Shown here piece by piece: positions 1-11,270 of a stretch of DNA of 64,000 nt (within the stretch, counting starts at the first letter, position 1; each line of letters begins with the position of its first letter). This DNA is from an uncultured cyanobacterium. GTDB lineage: Bacteria; Cyanobacteriota; Cyanobacteriia; Cyanobacteriales; CAWUOF01. The notes beneath the pieces were generated by a model. That model was not told the DNA's origin. It saw nothing but the letters and a program-made list of their open reading frames with translations, and did no database searches. The position numbers and the translations under genes were made by a program. The stretch spans positions 7,424,001-7,488,000 of the forward strand of contig CAVUSO010000001.1 in the NCBI GenBank assembly GCA_963744145.1, written 5' to 3'.

Positions 1-491
1 CAAAAATTCCCGTTGCTACTGCTATGCAACAAAACCCATTATTAATCCCTGATAGTTTTAATATATTAGAAGCTGGTCATGCTTTGGTCAGCGGAAATGA
101 CCATAGTGGTTTAATTCTTAATGAAGCTAATGAACTGATCGGAATTATCACATTATCCGATATAAATCGCTTGATGAACCATATAAAAACCGATTCTTTA
201 GGGATAAATTTAGCTGAAAAAAAAGTTAGTGAAATTTGTACTACAGAGATTTTATATGCCTATAAAGATGAAGCAGTTGCTGATGCTTTAGATCGGATGG
301 TAGCACGAGGATTACATCAATTACCTGTGGTAGAGCGGGAAAATCTTTGTCAAGTTTTAGGTTTATTAGATGAACAAGGAATTAATCTAGCTTGTCAGAT
401 CGCGATTACTAAAGATGCGATCCAGGGACATTGTTCCTTATCACCTATAGTTGAACAAGTCCCAGCCAAGCCAGTCAAACAAATAGTTTGA
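1..491 (+). CDS. C-terminal CBS-domain pair, probably of a ClC-type chloride channel (5'-truncated by window edge)
   Basis: Frame is open from the window start (KIPVATAMQ...). CBS motifs LIGIITLSDI and LHQLPVV...VLGLL. Confidence 0.7.
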   Translation, partial: KIPVATAMQQNPLLIPDSFNILEAGHALVSGNDHSGLILNEANELIGIITLSDINRLMNHIKTDSLGINLAEKKVSEICTTEILYAYKDEAVADALDRMVARGLHQLPVVERENLCQVLGLLDEQGINLACQIAITKDAIQGHCSLSPIVEQVPAKPVKQIV

Positions 492-576
492 ATATTCATT
501 TAAAGGCTGCTATATTTAGGATGATTGTTTTTCCATTTATCAAATATTCAGTTCAGATAAATACGGGTTTATAATT

Positions 577-1221
577 ATGAACAATGGCAGAAAAACCTAT
601 GATCAGATAGCCGGACAAAGCACTCATCGAATAGAAGCTATTAGCGATGGAGTTTTTGCCATTGCTCTAACATTGCTCTGTCTAGATTTAAAAGTTCCTA
701 TTAGCACCACAATCAATAGCGAAGTACAACTGTTTACATCCTTGGTCAGTTTAACTCCAAAATTCTTGAGCTACTTTTTAAGTTTTATGACTCTCGGTAT
801 TTATTGGACAGGACATTCAACCCAATTTCACTACATTAAGAAAAGCGATCGACATCTGAATTGGATTTCATTATTTTTCCTAATGTTTGTTACTGTTCTT
901 CCTTTCACAACAGCTTTTTTAAGTGAGTATATTAATTTTAAGCTGGCAATTGGACTATATTGGCTGAACATTTTTTCTCTCGGATTAATGCTTTACCTTC
1001 ATTGGGAATATGCCGATCGACATAATTATATTAAAATTTCAGGTTATGAAAAAGATTTAATTAGTCACGCAATTAAAGAAAGAATAATTGTATCTCAGAC
1101 TCTCTACGCTAGTGGAGCATTACTATGTTTTGTCAATACTTACTTAAGTGTAATTGTCATTGTTCTAATTCAACTCAACTATGCGTTAGGATTGTCCCAT
1201 AATTCCAATAAAAAAACCTGA
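577..1221 (+). CDS. TMEM175/DUF1211 family K+ channel
   Basis: RIEAISDGVFAIALTLL signature and multiple hydrophobic helices. Confidence 0.85.
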   Translation: MNNGRKTYDQIAGQSTHRIEAISDGVFAIALTLLCLDLKVPISTTINSEVQLFTSLVSLTPKFLSYFLSFMTLGIYWTGHSTQFHYIKKSDRHLNWISLFFLMFVTVLPFTTAFLSEYINFKLAIGLYWLNIFSLGLMLYLHWEYADRHNYIKISGYEKDLISHAIKERIIVSQTLYASGALLCFVNTYLSVIVIVLIQLNYALGLSHNSNKKT

Positions 1222-1235
1222 TATAATATAAATCA

Positions 1236-1559
1236 ATGTTGTTTATACCAGAGGCAATCATCATGTTATCAACTGATATTAGACCAGAATCAATGCTGAA
1301 GAGAATTGAGGAAGTTGTTTCTGTTTTAATGGAAGAACGTCCTTTTTTTAAAGAGGATCTTAATTATTCAGAAATCGTGAAACATTTAGCACAACTATTT
1401 CAAAAAAATTTACCTGTTGAAGAATTTAACACCATGTTAGATCCAGAACTAAAAGAGCATTGTAGCTTTATTATGGCAACCGAAATATTAACAAAGATTG
1501 GAGCAGATTTCACTCCTGAACAAATGGATATTTTTGATGAAGCAATCAAGCGGAAATAA
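1236..1559 (+). CDS. Hypothetical protein, probable antitoxin partner of the downstream PIN gene
   Basis: Small acidic ORF abutting a PIN-like ORF. Confidence 0.5.
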   Translation: MLFIPEAIIMLSTDIRPESMLKRIEEVVSVLMEERPFFKEDLNYSEIVKHLAQLFQKNLPVEEFNTMLDPELKEHCSFIMATEILTKIGADFTPEQMDIFDEAIKRK

Positions 1560-1775
1560 GTGATGATGGGTGATTTATTAGATACTAATATTGTTTCTTT
1601 TTTGATTAAGCGTAATCTCCAAATTTATCAAAGGATTGAAGATCTTAAAGCTCAACGAAAAAGTATATTTATTAGCTGTGTTACTTATTTTGATGCTATG
1701 GTTAAAGGTTTAATTGTGGTTTCTAATGATAGTGATTTATCCAGAGTTGAGGGTTTAAGTTTAGAAAATTGGTGA
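1560..1775 (+). pseudogene. VapC/PIN toxin with internal deletion
   Basis: LLDTNIVS start and IVVSNDSDLSRVEGLSLENW end, but only 71 aa; the central part of the PIN fold is missing. Confidence 0.7.
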
Positions 1776-1852
1776 GAATTATAAAATTTATAGGATCAGG
1801 ATTAGATGGGATTTTATCTAATTATTTAGGCGATCGCCAAACCAAGAGAAAT

Positions 1853-1997
1853 ATGAGTGAATATTTTAATGTAAATTGAAAAAGATTCGGATGGGTATTT
1901 AGTAGCTTCTGTACCCACATGAAAAGGATGTCACACTCAAGCACGAATTTTTAATGAATTAATCGAAGGAATAAAAGATGCTATAGACAAATACTAA
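1853..1997 (+). pseudogene. HicB-family antitoxin remnant
   Basis: Manual translation: MSEYFNV/frameshift/IEKDSDGYLVASVPT*KGCHTQARIFNELIEGIKDAID. Confidence 0.7.
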
Positions 1998-2588
1998 TTA
2001 ACTCATTAAAACAGATAAAGCTAATACTCCTTCATTAGTCCAATCGGAAACAATATTATCAACTAACCAATATTCTTTAAATTGTTTAAACCCTTTAGGT
2101 TGTCTTGAATAAGTTAGATTATTATTGATAGTTTTCTTTAAAAATTCCTCAATTTGTTCTATTCTAACATTCACTGTTTCATCTCTTTTATAAGCAGGAA
2201 CAGATGCAGCAAAAGTTAAAACAAGAATCGCATTACTCCAAATCTTTGAACCTAGTTTTTCTGTTAATAATTTCAAGGTTCTTTTTTCATCTGGACGAAA
2301 ACGAGTATCATCTAAGCGAGTTATATATAACAAGGAATAAACTTCATTCAAATTAACCTTTGAACGAATTATAGATAAATATCGTTCATCGGTCAATGAA
2401 TCATCTTCAGCTAAACCCGGTGTGTCAATTAAGGAAATATTACCTAAAGAACTATTATAAGCATAATGCTCGACAATTTTAGTACAGGCTTCATATTCTG
2501 AAGTCTCAGCAATATACTTACCAAAAGTTGTATTAATAAAACTGGATTTCCCCATTCCAGTTCGTCCAACTAATAGATATTTACGCAT
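1998..2588 (-). CDS. AIG1/Toc34-like TRAFAC GTPase (short, no membrane anchor)
   Basis: G1 GRTGMGKSS, G3 DTPG, RLDDTRF...IWSNAILVLTFA. Confidence 0.8.
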   Translation of the reverse strand: MRKYLLVGRTGMGKSSFINTTFGKYIAETSEYEACTKIVEHYAYNSSLGNISLIDTPGLAEDDSLTDERYLSIIRSKVNLNEVYSLLYITRLDDTRFRPDEKRTLKLLTEKLGSKIWSNAILVLTFAASVPAYKRDETVNVRIEQIEEFLKKTINNNLTYSRQPKGFKQFKEYWLVDNIVSDWTNEGVLALSVLMS

Positions 2589-2590
2589 TT

Positions 2591-3658
2591 TTATCGGCCA
2601 AAAATTGAGCCCAAAAATCCTACTGCTACACCAACAGCACCTCCCACAGCAGCACCAACTGGACCAGCTACTGCTCCAATAGCAGCCCCTATACCAGCAT
2701 AAACAAGTGTCTTACCTGCTGTCTTCAAGGTTTTATTTTGAATTAAATCAGCTTGTCTGTGGGTAAGTTCAATGTCTTGATCATAACTAGGCTTTGTAGG
2801 GGGTGGATAACTCGACACGTAATTGTCTATAAAAACATTAATTTTTTTTCTTGTTTTAGATGATTTATTTGGATCAACGATGTCTTGATCATAACGAGGC
2901 TTTGTGGAAGGGTCAACAATTTCTTTTTCTTTTTCAGGTGGTTTAATGCGATCAATTGTTGACATTAAGAAGGCTGCTCTACCTTCTTCTGATAATCTGC
3001 AATAAACTTGAGTAAATAATTCTCCTAACCATTTATTTCCATCTGGAGTGAAACTATTATTATTACTAACCCCAACTGCTGGAACATTATCAGCAATTAC
3101 TAGACCTGCATATTTAGCAATTTCTTTACGGATAAGATCAGTGCGTTTTTCTAAGGCAATAGGATATTTTTCAGGGCTAAGATTATCAGCAAAAGTAAAA
3201 ACAATAATTGCTTGCTCCCAAATTTTAGCTTTAAAGCATTCAGCAATTAGTTTAATTGCTTTTTTTTCATCTGTTGAAACTCTTGTATCATCTAAACGAG
3301 TAACAAACCACATCGAATCAACCTGCTTGACTTGCGATCGGATCATTTCTAGGTATTTGTAATCATTACCAGCTTCTTCTAAATCATCACATAGTCCTGG
3401 TGTATCAGTTACAACAACTTTTACTCCATTGAACTCACAGTGATAATTTTTGATGTCCATAGTAGTTGGTTCATACTCACCTACTGGGGCGATTTCTTTT
3501 CCCATTAATATGTTAATAGTGCTAGATTTACCTACTCCAGTTTTTCCCACTAAAAGAAATGTGAATGGTTGTCCATTTTGTGCATTAATAAGCTTTTGTG
3601 CCAGTTCTTCTACAAACTGTTTGGCTTGTTTTTCAGCTTCCGAGTCAAATGGTGGCAT
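2591..3658 (-). CDS. AIG1/Toc34-like GTPase with C-terminal glycine-zipper hydrophobic tail
   Basis: GKTGVGKSS, DTPG, RLDDTRV...IWEQAIIVFTFA; C-terminus AGIGAAIGAVAGPVGAAVGGAVGVAVG. Confidence 0.8.
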   Translation of the reverse strand: MPPFDSEAEKQAKQFVEELAQKLINAQNGQPFTFLLVGKTGVGKSSTINILMGKEIAPVGEYEPTTMDIKNYHCEFNGVKVVVTDTPGLCDDLEEAGNDYKYLEMIRSQVKQVDSMWFVTRLDDTRVSTDEKKAIKLIAECFKAKIWEQAIIVFTFADNLSPEKYPIALEKRTDLIRKEIAKYAGLVIADNVPAVGVSNNNSFTPDGNKWLGELFTQVYCRLSEEGRAAFLMSTIDRIKPPEKEKEIVDPSTKPRYDQDIVDPNKSSKTRKKINVFIDNYVSSYPPPTKPSYDQDIELTHRQADLIQNKTLKTAGKTLVYAGIGAAIGAVAGPVGAAVGGAVGVAVGFLGSIFGR

Positions 3659-3785
3659 AGTTTTATATGTATTATCAAAATTTGCTTTGCTGTAAGCATC
3701 TATCTCAAATACAAGTATAGACCAATAATTTAGGGATTGTCATCCTAAAAAATCTTATTTATCTAGCAATAGGTTTCAGTTAACT

Positions 3786-3925
3786 GTAGGGGCAAAGCAT
3801 TTCGGCGCATAAATGATGGCTCAAACGCTTGCCCTGAGTTTATCCGATCGTTTACCCTGAGCGCCCTTCGATTTGTCCCTGAGCGCCCTTCGACTACACT
3901 AAGGGACAAGTCTAAGGGCGCTCAA
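3786..3925. repeat. Degenerate REP-like arm plus scrambled copies of the 24-nt small dispersed repeat
   Basis: GTAGGGGCAAAGCATTTCGGCGCATAAAT is the reverse complement of the array hairpin-B end; it is followed by CCCTGAGCG and CCCTTCGACTAC pieces. Confidence 0.65.
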
Positions 3926-4003
3926 GAACAATCAGAGGAATAGCCAGATTTATGCAAAGACGCAAGTAGTAAAATATTGTAGCCGACTTATAGCATAATA
4001 TCA

Positions 4004-4645
4004 ATGACAGATCAAGAACTCAACGCTTGCTCACCTATTCCAGTAAATCCAGAATTTTTTAATCCTAACTATTACCTACCCTATGGGCTAGAAATATCTC
4101 ATATCTATCAAGCTATGAATGAATTTATTGATTTTCTAGGATTTATTAATGGTCAACTCAAAACCAAAAATATGTCGCGTTTGGAAAGTTTTTTAATGCC
4201 TGCAAATTTTAGCAGCATGGTAGGCGAATTTATGAATATGAGTATTCCAAAATATTGTCCTAGCCTCGTAAAGAATCAATATCACAATGGTCATCCAGAT
4301 CTGATTCCAGTAAATACTTTTCCTAATAATGCAGTTCAGTATTCAAGCCAAGGTATAGAAGTCAAAGGTTCTAGACATTTAAGGGGTTGGCAAGGGCACA
4401 ATCCTGAATCTGGATGGCTTATGGTTTTCTGTTTTGATAGCAATACATCTAGTGATAACATTAAAAATGTAGAGCCAAAGCCCTTCGTCTTTAGAGCAAT
4501 ATATGCAGCTAAACTTGCTCAAGAGGATTGGATTTTTTCTGGTCGTTCCGTAACTAGTCGTCGGACAATTACAGCAAGTGTTAACAAAAATGGTTTTAAT
4601 AAAATGAAAACTAACTGGATCTATAAAGATCCATTAAATCCGTAA
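4004..4645 (+). CDS. Putative type II restriction endonuclease (PD-(D/E)XK fold)
   Basis: HPDL...IEVK motif; convergent with and overlapping a DNA methyltransferase gene. Confidence 0.6.
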   Translation: MTDQELNACSPIPVNPEFFNPNYYLPYGLEISHIYQAMNEFIDFLGFINGQLKTKNMSRLESFLMPANFSSMVGEFMNMSIPKYCPSLVKNQYHNGHPDLIPVNTFPNNAVQYSSQGIEVKGSRHLRGWQGHNPESGWLMVFCFDSNTSSDNIKNVEPKPFVFRAIYAAKLAQEDWIFSGRSVTSRRTITASVNKNGFNKMKTNWIYKDPLNP

Positions 4646-5587
4646 AGGAATTTGATCATCTTCTGTCTGGATCATTGTCAATTTTGGAATCGCAATTTTG
4701 CTTTTTTCAAAGTAGTCTTTATACCTCTCAATGCCAATTCCTTGATATCCAACAGCCTCGGCAGCCGCGATCGTAGAACCAGATCCCATAAAAGGGTCTA
4801 CCACAATACCTTGTCCTAGCGGTAGAGCAGCATAGACAATTTTTCTCAAGAAAGATTGTGGTTTAAGACTAGGATGTTCTACAACACTACGCTCTCTTTG
4901 AGGAGTACGTTCACTAGGAATAACATCCTCAAAAGGATTACCGTCAGGCTTTCTCCTTAAACCTCCTGTTCCAAACTCTTTCAGACAATCACTAACCTTC
5001 ATTCCCTTCAAGAGAGGTTTACGGAAAATCCCCCAAGGTTCAAAACACCCACGAGGCATTGAACACACATCATCAAATTCTTTTTCAGCATTTTTTGGTC
5101 TATCCCCTCCACGTAAAGTTCTGACTAACCGAACAACTGTTCCTCTATACTCAAATCCGCCATCTATCAATGCTTGAAAAACCAACTGTGAGAGAAATGT
5201 ATTAGATGCAATGAATATATGAGCGCCAGGACACATAGGTCGAATAGCTGCCTTTGTCCATTCCAGAAAAAAACTATTTAAGCTCGTTCTTTCCTTATCA
5301 TTAAGAGCTGTAAAACGTGGCAATGGAGAACGTATATTTCCATCAAACGATGGTGGTATTCGCCAAATTCCTCCCTGGCCATTGTCTTTTTTTTCTAACT
5401 GATCAAAGTCATATTCTTTAACTCCATAAGGAGGATCAGTGACGATCGCATGAATACTATGCTCAGGAACTGCCCTCAGCCATTCAAAACAGTCTGCGTG
5501 TATTGCTAAAGACTGACCATACTCATATACTGAATATTTAAGTGTTAATTGTGTATATTGTTTTAGCACAGACTGCTCACAACTCAA
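4634..5587 (-). CDS. N4-C/N6-A DNA methyltransferase, beta class
   Basis: TDPPY precedes HPSLKP and DPFMGSGST. Confidence 0.9.
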   Translation of the reverse strand: MSCEQSVLKQYTQLTLKYSVYEYGQSLAIHADCFEWLRAVPEHSIHAIVTDPPYGVKEYDFDQLEKKDNGQGGIWRIPPSFDGNIRSPLPRFTALNDKERTSLNSFFLEWTKAAIRPMCPGAHIFIASNTFLSQLVFQALIDGGFEYRGTVVRLVRTLRGGDRPKNAEKEFDDVCSMPRGCFEPWGIFRKPLLKGMKVSDCLKEFGTGGLRRKPDGNPFEDVIPSERTPQRERSVVEHPSLKPQSFLRKIVYAALPLGQGIVVDPFMGSGSTIAAAEAVGYQGIGIERYKDYFEKSKIAIPKLTMIQTEDDQIPLRI

Positions 5588-5674
5588 AACAAAAATTGAT
5601 GGTGATTAATGATTAGGAGCGTTGAACTTTTTTGCCCACATTATCTTTGTTTTATACAAGATAAAAAAATACCT

Positions 5675-5714
5675 AAAAAACTTTGGGAGGATGAACATTA
5701 TTCACCCTCCCAAA
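5675..5714 (-). terminator. Probable intrinsic terminator of dnaK
   Basis: TTTGGGAGG...CCTCCCAAA hairpin next to an A-run (U-tract on the minus strand), just after the dnaK stop. Confidence 0.6.
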
Positions 5715-5722
5715 CTTAACCA

Positions 5723-7649
<1,927 letters not shown>

Positions 7650-8012
7650 TTAGGATATATTCACTACGAGGACTAAGGTTTTTGACAACCAGGTTATTTA
7701 CAGATGATGGGAGACAGCCAATTGAGTAGGTCTCTCATCCGCACTCTTGTTCGGATTAAATACGCATTTATATAGAGTGCTAGTCTCTATAGTCTGCGTC
7801 GTTGGCTTTGCCGATGAAGGGGTGTTTACCGAACCTGATCCAGGACGGTTACACTATTTCTAGAAGTAATTTGACTTCAGTGTGATAATTTTTTGACAAC
7901 TTCAAAATTTCAGGCCAACACCCTTAATATAGGCAGATTCAGCACTCTGCGGCATTCCAGCAAACCGTAAAAACCAGTTGTATTTGCCGTATGAACCTGA
8001 TTTTTCCCTAAA

Positions 8013-9128
8013 TTAGCAGCGATCTAATAAAGATTCGATCGCTTGTAATAGTTGATTTTGGTTCCAGTTTTGATAAAGATGGGCAGCGATCGCACATCCA
8101 CCCGCTCCCATTCCTTCTTTCACAAATCCCCGTTCATATACTTGGAGTTGGGGATAGCGCGAATTAGCAAAATTTAACTGAGTCGCGAGTAAAGGCACCT
8201 GTCCAATTTCCCTAGCTAACCCCACGGTATCACCAGTTGGATCTTCAGCTACCCAGCGAGTTGTACCCACCACAACTTTTTCTGGATACCATTCTAAAGA
8301 ATAATAATTAGCGATCGCTCGACTCAAAGCATAAACCGCTAACATTTGTGTCCCACCAGCTAACAATACTCCGACCTTCCGACTCGCAGCGATCGCCATT
8401 CCTGCTATAGTGATTTGCATGGGATCGCCTACTGCTGCTACTAAAGATAATGGTTCGATCAGAGAAATAGAGTTGTTATTTTCCCCATCTAATCCTAAAA
8501 ATCCCGCCGCTTGTAATCCCGTTTTCACTAATTCCCATTTTTGAGCATGATTACAATTAGGGTGACTACTATTAACTTTACCAATGGCATTAAATCCTAA
8601 CCCAGTTAAAACTGCTAAGGCGGTAGTAGTACCCCCAACTACACATTCACCGCAAATTAAATAGCCATTTTCATTACTAGCAGCTAATTGTTCTCCCCAG
8701 CATAAACCCTGGCTCAGTAAATGATTGACTACCCCCAATTCCAAAGCTTTTCCTGTAGTTAGACATTGCGCGGGTGTACCTCCTAAATCAATTGCAGGTA
8801 CAACTGGATGAATCGGTAACCCAGCATTAAAAATTTTGACTGGAATTCCAAGATCCTCAACTACAGCACGGGAAATCAGAACTGGTGAAACCCCTACATT
8901 CAGGGGAGGTAAAGGATATTTTGGGGCAATCTCCGGACCTTGAACTAAAAACTCCGCATCCGCGATCGCTGTATATTGCCGATCATCAGGAGTCGCTCCT
9001 GCTGCGGAAATCCCAGGAATTAATCCTGTGTGAGTAAATCCTAATACACAAACAAATAATGGCGATCTTCCTTGATAATATCGCCACCATGCACTACCTA
9101 AATTAACTTGGGTATAGACTCGAATCAT
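8013..9128 (-). CDS. cobT: Nicotinate-nucleotide-dimethylbenzimidazole phosphoribosyltransferase (cyanobacterial/archaeal type)
   Basis: IPGISAAG, GECVVGGTTTA, LAGGTQM, VKEGMGAGG. Confidence 0.85.
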   Translation of the reverse strand: MIRVYTQVNLGSAWWRYYQGRSPLFVCVLGFTHTGLIPGISAAGATPDDRQYTAIADAEFLVQGPEIAPKYPLPPLNVGVSPVLISRAVVEDLGIPVKIFNAGLPIHPVVPAIDLGGTPAQCLTTGKALELGVVNHLLSQGLCWGEQLAASNENGYLICGECVVGGTTTALAVLTGLGFNAIGKVNSSHPNCNHAQKWELVKTGLQAAGFLGLDGENNNSISLIEPLSLVAAVGDPMQITIAGMAIAASRKVGVLLAGGTQMLAVYALSRAIANYYSLEWYPEKVVVGTTRWVAEDPTGDTVGLAREIGQVPLLATQLNFANSRYPQLQVYERGFVKEGMGAGGCAIAAHLYQNWNQNQLLQAIESLLDRC

Positions 9129-9929
9129 CTAATCTTGATCATAATCCATTAAAACTTGCACCCATCCAGGTGGAGGAGGAATGGGATTGCCCAAACGTTC
9201 TAACAGCAACCAAGATACTAAATGAACAGCAAACAAATAAATAATATTATTTAAAAGCACTATTCCGATAGCTAGGAGCTGGATTACGAACAAACTCGGT
9301 ACAGACAACCATCCTAGTTTAGTAAACCCCCATTCCCCTACTTCTTTGATTTGGTTGAGCATATAAACCCAGAGGTCTTCTCCTAACATCAGAGAGAGCA
9401 GCCAAATCCGAAAAAAGAAGCCAAAGGAACCGACAATTGTACCTAATGTAATCGTCACCGACCAACTAGCACCACGTTTCCAGAGCCAACCTAACAATAC
9501 ACCTAACAAGCCAAAAGGCATCACATATAACAAACTCCGACTTGGACCTAAAAGAACGGAAAGTAACAATCCCGAAACTAAAGCCGACATCCAAGCCGCT
9601 CGATCGCCCCAACGCAAAGACACCAAACTGATTGGTACTGGAAAAAAAATCCGCAGGATTGGTCCGATCGGAAAATAATAGTTTACATACCAAATTAAAC
9701 TCGCGGTACTAGCCAGAAACGCTGTTTCTACCATTCTCAAGGGAGGTGCTACTGTCTGGGAAATGGGAGCAGTAGCAGGTGATCGGTCTGGTAGCAATGA
9801 GTCGGGAGACTGGGACTTGCTACTTTCCGGCTCAATGTCCAAATCATGTCCCCATGAATGAGTGGGTTGATCAATGCCATCAGCATCAGCATGGGGCAAA
9901 TCCTTACGATCGGGAAGGGGATCAGTCAT
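9129..9929 (-). CDS. DUF2232 family membrane protein
   Basis: MVETAFLAS...FPVPI motif and many transmembrane helices. Confidence 0.75.
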   Translation of the reverse strand: MTDPLPDRKDLPHADADGIDQPTHSWGHDLDIEPESSKSQSPDSLLPDRSPATAPISQTVAPPLRMVETAFLASTASLIWYVNYYFPIGPILRIFFPVPISLVSLRWGDRAAWMSALVSGLLLSVLLGPSRSLLYVMPFGLLGVLLGWLWKRGASWSVTITLGTIVGSFGFFFRIWLLSLMLGEDLWVYMLNQIKEVGEWGFTKLGWLSVPSLFVIQLLAIGIVLLNNIIYLFAVHLVSWLLLERLGNPIPPPPGWVQVLMDYDQD

Positions 9930-9977
9930 TTAAGTTTCAAACAACAGCGGTGCAACCAAGTAGATAGCAGATTGAAA

Positions 9978-10688
9978 TTAAACTAACAAACGTTCGAGAG
10001 CTGGAAGATCAGGAATGCGGAGGATCTCGCGATCGCGCAAAATCAACCCCTTTTTCTCCAGTTTATTTAGCACTCTCGTCACCGTTTCCCTTGCTAGTCC
10101 GCTCAGACTGCTTAATTCCCGATGCGGTAAGTTCGGAATTTCGGTGCCAGAAACAGTTAATTTCCCCTGTCCTTCAGCTAAAAACAGAATTATATCTGCC
10201 ACCCTTGATGTACTGTCCGATTCCCGTAAGCGTAGTCTGCGATTGACTTGACGTAAACGTCGGGCCATGAGTTGAGCTAAACGAATTCCCGCAAATGGTT
10301 CGGTATGTAGTAATTGGACAAAGTCTTGAGCTGGCATATTGCCAATTGTAGTCTGAGTTAGGGTGATCACATCAGTGGAACGGGGCACTTCGTCTAGAGC
10401 AGCCATTTCGCCAAATAGCTCTCCTTTACCCAAAATATTGAGCGTCACCTCTTTACCATCTAAGTTGTAAGTGCGAATCTTGACCCAACCCTCCAAAATA
10501 AAGTATACAGAGCCACCCCAGTCATTTTCCAGTAAGATCACCTGATTGGCTGGATGGCTACGTCCAACGACATGAGCAGTCGCTCTTACCACCGCAGCTT
10601 CTGGTAAGCCAATAAAAAAGGATGTCGTGCGGATTACTTCATGGGGCTGCAAAGCGGAGGGTTCGCGGGTGCGATGTCGGTCATCCAT
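9978..10688 (-). CDS. Crp/Fnr family transcriptional regulator
   Basis: cNMP-binding domain (FGEMAAL...PRST) and HTH LSGLARETVTRVL. Confidence 0.92.
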   Translation of the reverse strand: MDDRHRTREPSALQPHEVIRTTSFFIGLPEAAVVRATAHVVGRSHPANQVILLENDWGGSVYFILEGWVKIRTYNLDGKEVTLNILGKGELFGEMAALDEVPRSTDVITLTQTTIGNMPAQDFVQLLHTEPFAGIRLAQLMARRLRQVNRRLRLRESDSTSRVADIILFLAEGQGKLTVSGTEIPNLPHRELSSLSGLARETVTRVLNKLEKKGLILRDREILRIPDLPALERLLV

Positions 10689-11270
10689 GAGGGCATCATC
10701 TTAATGAATTCGGAGGGTAGATTCAGGAAAATAGTAACCTGACTCACTGGTGAGCGGCTGTTGGACAATTAAACCAAGATTTTTGTGAGCATTGCCAGTA
10801 AATTCACGGTCTTACTCTCCCTGATCTAATCGATTTTTGTCTTTTCTAGCGTACACCTGGTGCTGTCTAATATCAGAAAAATCGCTTATTCTGATCACAT
10901 TAAGCTAAATCTAATACTTTTTACATTAAGGTCAACCTAATCCTTGCTCAAAATTCCTGATTTAAGTTCGATTGAATTGTCTTACCTCCAATATTTTGTT
11001 ATGCCCATAGCTCAGATTTTCTAATATTCAGCAGCAATTTTACCAAATTATTGGCCTACTCAACTGGCCATCACGGTTAACTTTTTTGGCCAATGAGTTA
11101 AAGGTAATGGGTAAATGATCAGTAGATTGGTTATTATACCTGGGTGTTAAGTATGGTACAATCCAAAAAATCAGAAAAAATTTTAATAATTTGGATCAGA
11201 CCAGAGCTACAAGCGTCCCGGTTATTCTGATTTTTGGTAAAAAGATTTATTCAGTCTCGGAGCTTGCATT

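Noticed and set aside
3048..3695. Antisense or overlapping ORFs here and within dnaK, crp, argZ, the radical SAM gene, rne, Uma2 and cheA
   Set aside because: Shadow frames of well-supported genes with no motifs of their own.
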